From an uncultured bacterium (GTDB taxonomy: Bacteria > UBA8481), in assembly GCA_964499705.1 (NCBI GenBank), contig CAZCME010000021.1:1-64000 (forward strand): DNA of 64,000 bases, given 5' to 3'. A program made the translations under genes and the position numbers. This document shows positions 57,506-64,000 of this stretch, in pieces; position 1 is the stretch's first letter, and every line of letters starts with the position of its first letter. The notes under the pieces were generated by a model, which did no database searches, had not been told where the DNA came from, and saw only the letters and a program-made list of their open reading frames with translations.

Positions 57506-58669
57506 CTAGAGCGACTGGGCAAGAATGCGGCCGTGCTTCTGGTAATAGCCCGTCGTGTTGACGCGGTTGTTCACCTTCAGGGATGAGCTCCCAAGGACGA
57601 TCTCCACGCCCGGGAAGATGTGAGTGATCCGGATCGGGCAGTCTTCGAACGACTCCTTGTCCTCCTCCAGTTCCCGCGCGATCCGCTCCTTCGTGGCCAG
57701 GTGCTCCGCCACTTCCGACTTCAATTCCATGTAGCGCTTCGACTGGGCGGCCATCTCCTGCTTTTTTTCCTGCGGAAGCTGGACGACTTTTTCACCCAGG
57801 AGCCTGATCACCTCGATCACCTTCTCCAGCCGCGCGATTTCCCCCGTCTTTTCCCCGATGGCCTTTTCGATCTTCGAGACCGCCAGGAAGAGCTGCTTCT
57901 GCCGCGTGTTGGAAATGCGCAGCACGGCGAAATCTCCGCCGTCGCCTCCGGCGGACTCCGCGATGATGTTCGCGTTCGCCTCTGTTTCTCCCGCGATGAT
58001 GCCCTGCTCCGGATGCGAGACGATCACAGATGCCCCTGCGTGCGTGCCGCATCGGTAGAGCGATTTCGCCTTCACGTCGCCCGCGACGTTGATGGAGGCG
58101 AAGCGCGCGACCTGCAGTTCCGCCTGCGCCGCCTTCACGACGACGGGATCGACGATCGTTCCCTCGATCGCGCCGCGGACCGTCACCTTGCCGCCCGCGA
58201 TCAGCCGGGCACCTCCGCGCACTTCTCCGGTGACGCTGATGTCGCCCGTCGAATGCAATTCGACTTTTCCGGCAATCCCGCCCTGCACCAGCACGTTCTT
58301 GTTGAACGCGATCGGCTGGCTCGTGTACGTGATGGTCTCATCGATGATGAACGTGGCGCCGTCGTCGAGCTCGTAACCCTTCGGCTCGTACGCGGGGATC
58401 TTCGGCGCCTCGGGTTCCGGAGGTTCGAGGCCCACCGCCTTCAGATCGACGATGTCGGTGGGAGCTTCCAGGGCCGTGGCGAGGAGGCTTTCGAAGTCGG
58501 GGAACGTTCCATCGACCTCGAATTCCTTCACGCCCCACGCGCGCATCTGCTTGATGTGCCGATCGCTGATGGAGGTTCCCTTGGACAGGAGCAGGCCGCC
58601 TTCGTACATCACGGCAGCCTTCAGGATCATGCCGGGCTTCAGCAAGTCCAGGGGAAATCTGGATGTCAT
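57506..58669 (-). CDS. FapA (DUF342)-like beta-helix protein
   Basis: Repeated A.G.V.V beta-helix turns, coiled coil, IFPGVEI end motif. Confidence 0.7.
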   Translation of the reverse strand: MTSRFPLDLLKPGMILKAAVMYEGGLLLSKGTSISDRHIKQMRAWGVKEFEVDGTFPDFESLLATALEAPTDIVDLKAVGLEPPEPEAPKIPAYEPKGYELDDGATFIIDETITYTSQPIAFNKNVLVQGGIAGKVELHSTGDISVTGEVRGGARLIAGGKVTVRGAIEGTIVDPVVVKAAQAELQVARFASINVAGDVKAKSLYRCGTHAGASVIVSHPEQGIIAGETEANANIIAESAGGDGGDFAVLRISNTRQKQLFLAVSKIEKAIGEKTGEIARLEKVIEVIRLLGEKVVQLPQEKKQEMAAQSKRYMELKSEVAEHLATKERIARELEEDKESFEDCPIRITHIFPGVEIVLGSSSLKVNNRVNTTGYYQKHGRILAQSL

Positions 58670-58691
58670 GAGCTGTCTCGCCCCCCGGGTT

Positions 58692-60266
58692 CTACGCGCG
58701 CCGCGCCGATTCCAGCGACATCAGCAGATCGAGCGATGTGGCGCCGTCTTCCGGGAAGGACACGCATCCGCAGACGAGGTCGTCCATGCCGGGCAGCTCG
58801 AAGTTCATCAGGATCGCCCGTGCATCGGAACGCGACATGCCCGGGACGACCGCGATGATGCTTCCGGCGCCGTATCGGATCAACGCTTCCGCGTCGGGTA
58901 TCTCCTTCCGGATCGTGTTCGACAGGTCGCGTATCGCCTTGTCGACCTCGCGGCTGCCCGATGTCAGAACGGAGGACGGAATATCGAAAGTGAGAAGCGT
59001 CAGGCTTACGCCGAAGGAGCGGACTCTGGCCAGGAGCGAATCGATCGTCTTCTGGACTTCGCCGAACGGATCGGCTTCCTTGCTGGATTCCCTCTCCACC
59101 ATCAGGCTGATGAGTATCGGCGGAGCGATCTGCGAGGCGATGACGCCGAGGATCGGGCCGTCCGCCTCGCTGGATTTTTCAGAGTCGGAACGTCCCGCGA
59201 TCAGAATACCGACGAGGTGCGAACCGGATTTCAGGGCGACCGCGTGAACGGATCCGCGTTTCAATCCGAGAAATCCCCATGTGGCCGGCAGGCGATCGGC
59301 TTCGATCGGCACCGGATGATCTTCCTGCAGGCAGGCATCGAGCCCCGCTCCGCCGGGATCGGCGGCCGCCCCATCCTCCATCGTGGCTCCATGCGATGCC
59401 GCGACGCGCCAGATGTGATCGAGTTCCAGGAGAATGACGACGCGCGAGAATCCAAAGCCGGTCACGAGCGTCTCGATGTTCAGGCGCAGGATCTCGTCGC
59501 GGGCCGTCGTCGTGTTGACGATGCGGGAGACGTTGTAGAGCGTGGAGAGTTCGTTCAGCGTTTTCTCGAGCTCCGCGCGGGACTTCCTGAGGTTGACGAC
59601 CATCTCGTTGAAGCGCGCCGCGAGCCTTCCGAGCTCGTCGCCGCGCGAGGCGTCGACCGCGGTGTTCAGGTCGCCGGAGGATACGCGGTCCGCCGCATCG
59701 GCGAGGGACACGATGGGGCGCGCGAAGAAATGGGCCCAGACGAGGGCGCCGAGCATGACGATCACGAGCAGGCCGGCGGTCAGGGCGAAGGTAGTCTGGA
59801 TGATCTCCTTCTTCGCAGCCTCGATCGAACCGCGGTCGAAGACCATCTTGATGTCGCCGAAGCGGATGCCGCGGGGCGGGATGTGGCGCTCCACCATGGC
59901 GGAACCCGACGTCTGTTTCGGACTCTCCTCCGGATTCGCCGCCAGGAGTTTTCCGTCCGCGTCGTAGATGGCGATCCACATGAGCTGGCGATTGGCCTCC
60001 CGGATCCGGCGAACGGTCTGGTTCAGGTTGGCGACATCCGAGCGCGCGATGTCGTTGGCCGCGGAAATGGCGACGGCGGAAGCCAGGAGGTCGGCGGAGG
60101 CCTGCTCCGATTTCACCATCGCTTCCGTCTGGTTCCGGACAGCCACGGTTCCCGTGACGCCTACCGTCACGAGCACGAGGAACATGGCTCCGACGGCGAT
60201 CTTGCCGGCTACGGATAGTCCTTTGACGCTTTGTTGAGTGGTCATAACGCTCCTTTGCTGTGCCAT
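58692..60266 (-). CDS. Membrane signalling protein: sensor + HAMP + GAF-like + degenerate GGDEF-like domain
   Basis: Two TM, HAMP (DELGRLAARFNEM), C-terminal RYGAGS and VSFPEDG. Confidence 0.75.
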   Translation of the reverse strand: MAQQRSVMTTQQSVKGLSVAGKIAVGAMFLVLVTVGVTGTVAVRNQTEAMVKSEQASADLLASAVAISAANDIARSDVANLNQTVRRIREANRQLMWIAIYDADGKLLAANPEESPKQTSGSAMVERHIPPRGIRFGDIKMVFDRGSIEAAKKEIIQTTFALTAGLLVIVMLGALVWAHFFARPIVSLADAADRVSSGDLNTAVDASRGDELGRLAARFNEMVVNLRKSRAELEKTLNELSTLYNVSRIVNTTTARDEILRLNIETLVTGFGFSRVVILLELDHIWRVAASHGATMEDGAAADPGGAGLDACLQEDHPVPIEADRLPATWGFLGLKRGSVHAVALKSGSHLVGILIAGRSDSEKSSEADGPILGVIASQIAPPILISLMVERESSKEADPFGEVQKTIDSLLARVRSFGVSLTLLTFDIPSSVLTSGSREVDKAIRDLSNTIRKEIPDAEALIRYGAGSIIAVVPGMSRSDARAILMNFELPGMDDLVCGCVSFPEDGATSLDLLMSLESARRA

Positions 60267-60279
60267 GATTCCGTATGCC

Positions 60280-61242
60280 TCATTGCCTTGTTGCGATCCT
60301 CGCCAGGAGGTCGCCTTCGTAAGTTACCGGATGAACTTTCAATGTGATAAGTAGCCCGTCGACGGGCGATTTCACAATGACCGGCGGACCACCGACGCAA
60401 GGGTCGACGAGCGAGCCGACAACGTCGCCCTTCCGGATGTTGATCCCGGTTTCCTGCTCCGTCATGAAGAGTCCCGCGTCCGGGGAGACGACGTCGATGA
60501 TCTGCTCGGATGTCACGACGAGCGACGGCATGCTCGTCGGATCGGGGGCGACCGCGCGGATGACGCCGATGCCGGCGAGAAACCGCAGGATGCCGCTGTA
60601 CGTGTCCTCCGCCGCGAACACGTCGACGCGCTGGGCCTGGCCGGCATGAATCGTGAACGTTGCGATGCCCGCGCGGCCGACCTGGGAGGCGAAGAGCGTC
60701 TTGTCGAGCGGGTGCGTGGCTTTCCGGAGCCACACGAGCGGGAGGCCGAAGTTGCGCGCGGCCGACTCGTGGTTGTGGCACGACTCGTACAGTCTCACCT
60801 GCGGCAGCTCGAAGAGGTTGTGCGTTCCGGAATGAATGTTGATGCAGAAATCGCTGGAAGACACTTCATGGAAGAGGTGGGCCGCGATCCGCTGCGTGGT
60901 CTCTCCCGCGAGATATCCGGGGAACATGCTGTTGATGTCCATCTGGTCGAACGGCCAGGCGTGCGAGGAAAGGTGGAGCCCGAAGGGATTGGCCGCGGGG
61001 ATGATCCGCACGAGGCCGTTCACGATATCCTCGGGATGTTCGGTGAATCGGCGTATCAGCTTCCAGGCGATGTACGGGCCGTTCACCTCGTCGCCGTGGA
61101 TTCCGGTGATGAGCGTGACGCGCGGTCCGGCTTCCTCCGCGGTGACGACCGGCAACTGGTGCTCCGTAGGCGAGAACTCCCACTTGTGAAAGACGATCTC
61201 CTCGTCGAGCGGCATGTCGAGGGTGAAAATGGAGCTTCTCAC
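60280..61242 (-). CDS. Succinylglutamate desuccinylase/aspartoacylase (M14-like) family protein
   Basis: GIHGDEVNG, DINSMFPG, NIHSG, lipoyl-like C-terminal region; GTG overlaps the upstream stop. Confidence 0.88.
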   Translation of the reverse strand: MRSSIFTLDMPLDEEIVFHKWEFSPTEHQLPVVTAEEAGPRVTLITGIHGDEVNGPYIAWKLIRRFTEHPEDIVNGLVRIIPAANPFGLHLSSHAWPFDQMDINSMFPGYLAGETTQRIAAHLFHEVSSSDFCINIHSGTHNLFELPQVRLYESCHNHESAARNFGLPLVWLRKATHPLDKTLFASQVGRAGIATFTIHAGQAQRVDVFAAEDTYSGILRFLAGIGVIRAVAPDPTSMPSLVVTSEQIIDVVSPDAGLFMTEQETGINIRKGDVVGSLVDPCVGGPPVIVKSPVDGLLITLKVHPVTYEGDLLARIATRQ

Positions 61243-62210
61243 GCCGCCGTCTCCGCGGCGTCCTCGATGAGGAGCCTCCGGACGCCTCCGCCCGGCTCGC
61301 ATCGGATGATGCGAGCGACAAGAGAACCGACGTAGACGATCGGGTGGGCGCGGAGCGTGAAGAGGTAGCCCGTGACAGGAGCGGTGATCGTGCGATAGCG
61401 GCCGGTCACGGGATCGAGAATCTGGCCGATGACGGTACCCGTCAGGACGTCACTGCCGATCGCGATATCCGGGATGAAGATCCCGGACATCTCCGCGTTG
61501 ACGTATTCCACGTTGCCGCTGTCCGCGAGGCGCGGCGCCGTGAGCGGTTCGGCGGGAGGACCCGTCAGGACGCCCGTGGTGTGCAGAAACGACATGATGC
61601 CGCGGATGATACGGCGGCAGTCCTGTTGCATGATACGGAGCCCGATGCCGGTTTCGATGACGTAGGTGGGAATGCCGATCGATGAAAGGTTCCACGCCAG
61701 CGTCGCCTCGATGACCGTCGGCGAAGGATGCACCCAGACGACTTCCACGCCGAGCGCTCCCGCCATGGGCGCGGATGCCGCCGAATATTCCTCCCCCAGC
61801 CGCACCTGCGGGATCTCCTGGAGGAATATATTGGAGGAATGAATATCGATGCAGTGGCGCGACTTCTTCGCCTCGGTGAAGATCGCGTGCGCGATGCGGT
61901 CCGTGGGGCGGCCGTCAGGACGGCCGGGGAAGGAGCGGTTGATGTCGATCTTCGACGCGGGCCAGGCGCGGGTGGAGACGTCGAGCCCCATCGGATTGGC
62001 GGCGGGGATGAGCTTCACGATGCCGCCGAAGCGATTGGGCGTCAGGGCCGTCAGTTGCTGCATGAGCCTGTAGCAGATGTAGAGGCCGTCGAGCTCGTCG
62101 CCGTGGATTCCCGCGACGATCGTGACGAGGTCCTCGCCGCTGCCGAAGGAGCGGGAGTAGAGCTTCAGCCTCTGGTCGAGAGGCATCTTCAAGTCGAGGA
62201 AAGTCTCCAT
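61239..62210 (-). CDS. Succinylglutamate desuccinylase/aspartoacylase (M14-like) family protein
   Basis: GIHGDELDG, DINRSFPG, DIHSS, IETG. Confidence 0.9.
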   Translation of the reverse strand: METFLDLKMPLDQRLKLYSRSFGSGEDLVTIVAGIHGDELDGLYICYRLMQQLTALTPNRFGGIVKLIPAANPMGLDVSTRAWPASKIDINRSFPGRPDGRPTDRIAHAIFTEAKKSRHCIDIHSSNIFLQEIPQVRLGEEYSAASAPMAGALGVEVVWVHPSPTVIEATLAWNLSSIGIPTYVIETGIGLRIMQQDCRRIIRGIMSFLHTTGVLTGPPAEPLTAPRLADSGNVEYVNAEMSGIFIPDIAIGSDVLTGTVIGQILDPVTGRYRTITAPVTGYLFTLRAHPIVYVGSLVARIIRCEPGGGVRRLLIEDAAETAA

Positions 62211-62220
62211 CAGGCGCGAT

Positions 62221-62259
62221 GGATGAAGGGTGAATCATGAAGGATGATTCGTTTCATCC
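62221..62259. repeat. Intergenic imperfect hairpin with GGATGAA/TTCATCC arms
   Basis: GGATGAA..GAATCAT-gaagg-ATGATTC..TTCATCC. Confidence 0.6.
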
Positions 62260-62281
62260 TTCTCCGATCATCCTGTTCTTG

Positions 62282-62668
<387 letters not shown>

Positions 62669-62933
62669 TCAATCGGGGAATCGTCGTCGCCGGTTGGCTG
62701 GCCCGCGGTATGGAATTCACCGCGGACAGGGGAGCCGGCGACATCCTCTTCTCGTCGCGATTGAGATTAAGGAATAACGCGGAGTCTGTCCAATTTCTTT
62801 TCGTGGCCGGTCCGAGGAGCTGGCTGCCGTCCACGTTCGAAGCGCTGAGGCCGGGGCGGTTCAATGCGGCGAGGCGTTCCATGACTTTGCTCATGGTATG
62901 GTCAATCGGCGTTTTCCTCGGTAACCTTGATGC

Positions 62934-63608
62934 ATGCAGCCCAGCCCGACGTTTTTTAATCGCATCGCGCCCTTTTACGGCCAGCAATGGACGATCGAGG
63001 AGGAGAGCCGGCGGGCGGCGGCCGCGCTCGTGAAGAAACTTGCGCAACTTTGCGCAGGCAGGTCCGTCATGCTCGAGGTGGGATGCGGAAACGGGCGGAC
63101 GCTCGCCAATCTGCCGGAGGGAATGATCGGGCTCGATTACTCCATGGAGATGCTGCGTGAAGCGCGGTTGCGCGCGCCTTCGGCCAGGCTTGTCCTGGGT
63201 TCCGCGACAAGTCTTCCGTTCCGGAGAGGTCGCGTCGATATTCTCGTGGCGGTGAACGTCATTCACAATCACGATGATGTTTCGCCCTGGCTCCGCGAAT
63301 TTCGCGCCGCCGCGAAGTCGCTCGTTGTGGACTTCCGGAATTTCAGGAGCCCGGTCGTGCTGTATAAGTATCTCAAGTACCGCAACACGCTCGCCATCAA
63401 TTATCATCCGCATTATCCGGGACGGTTTCGCCGGATGCTCAGGGACGCGGGATGGAGGGATGTTTCCTTCAAGAGCGTGCACAGGCCGATCACGGATCCG
63501 AAGGAGGGATTCCTCCTTCGTCATGTGGCGGGTTGGCTCCTCTCGCTTCTCCCTGGTTTGTCCCCGTGCTATGTTTGCTGTTGCAGCGGATATCGAGAGG
63601 AAAGCTGA
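62934..63608 (+). CDS. Class I SAM-dependent methyltransferase
   Basis: LEVGCGNG, GLDYSMEML, LPF. Confidence 0.88.
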   Translation: MQPSPTFFNRIAPFYGQQWTIEEESRRAAAALVKKLAQLCAGRSVMLEVGCGNGRTLANLPEGMIGLDYSMEMLREARLRAPSARLVLGSATSLPFRRGRVDILVAVNVIHNHDDVSPWLREFRAAAKSLVVDFRNFRSPVVLYKYLKYRNTLAINYHPHYPGRFRRMLRDAGWRDVSFKSVHRPITDPKEGFLLRHVAGWLLSLLPGLSPCYVCCCSGYREES

Positions 63609-64000
63609 TGATTCGAAAGGATGGAGCTTCGGGCGGAGTGTTCGCGGTTGTTCGCGATCTCGCCTGGGGAGAATTCGACGAGAATACGTACGTGGTCGGC
63701 GATGAATCGGGCTGTGTTGTCTTCGATCCAGGAGCGCCCGCCGACCTGATTCTTCCCCTGGTGGCAGGCCGCAAGGTCGCCGCGATTCTGCTGACGCACA
63801 CGCACCTGGATCATATTCTCGGGGCGGACGAATTGCGCGACGCTACCGGAGCTCCGGTCGTGGCGCCGGCCGGGGAGGCGACCGGCCTCGAAGATCCGCG
63901 CGTCAATCTGTCCGCGGCCTACGGAGTGGATATCCGCCGCCGGCCCGCCGAGAAGGTGGCGCGCGCCGGCGACAGGTACCGCGCGGGCGGCATCGAGCTC
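63608..64000 (+). CDS. MBL-fold metallo-hydrolase (glyoxalase II-like), 3' truncated by the window
   Basis: Not in the ORF track. Manual translation from ATG 63608: ENTYVV...VFDPG...ILLTHTHLDHILG. Confidence 0.88.
   Translation, partial: MIRKDGASGGVFAVVRDLAWGEFDENTYVVGDESGCVVFDPGAPADLILPLVAGRKVAAILLTHTHLDHILGADELRDATGAPVVAPAGEATGLEDPRVNLSAAYGVDIRRRPAEKVARAGDRYRAGGIEL

Overview
A high-GC bacterial chromosomal window, almost fully coding. Sigma-54 regulators, lipoproteins and FlgD/T9SS-like and CFI-box-type C-terminal domains suggest a diderm, possibly poorly characterised lineage, but taxonomy cannot be assigned from the sequence alone. Core content: a ROK kinase-ppx-ppk1 cluster, three tandem GT-C-like membrane proteins plus an SGNH hydrolase, two sigma-54 response regulators, a YrdC/Sua5-family gene, an ABC-F ATPase, tyrS, tRNA-Thr(UGU), glnA with a sigma-54 promoter, a seven-gene nucleotide-sugar operon, a probable major surface protein, a P-II gene and tandem M14 peptidases. 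I found no integrase, transposase, reverse transcriptase or CRISPR array. The most unusual features are: (1) a four-helix-bundle (IVS/Avd-like) gene enclosed by 31-bp inverted repeats built from hexamer units; (2) a second 31-bp inverted-repeat element, without a gene, fused into the hddA/hddC junction; (3) dispersed short-unit intergenic repeats; (4) a three-gene secreted operon that looks like a donor-strand fibre system with no usher; (5) a possible branched 3-deoxy GDP-sugar pathway; (6) repeated signs of leaderless transcription. Product calls come from motifs recognised by eye, with no database search. Many start codons were adjusted from the ORF track.
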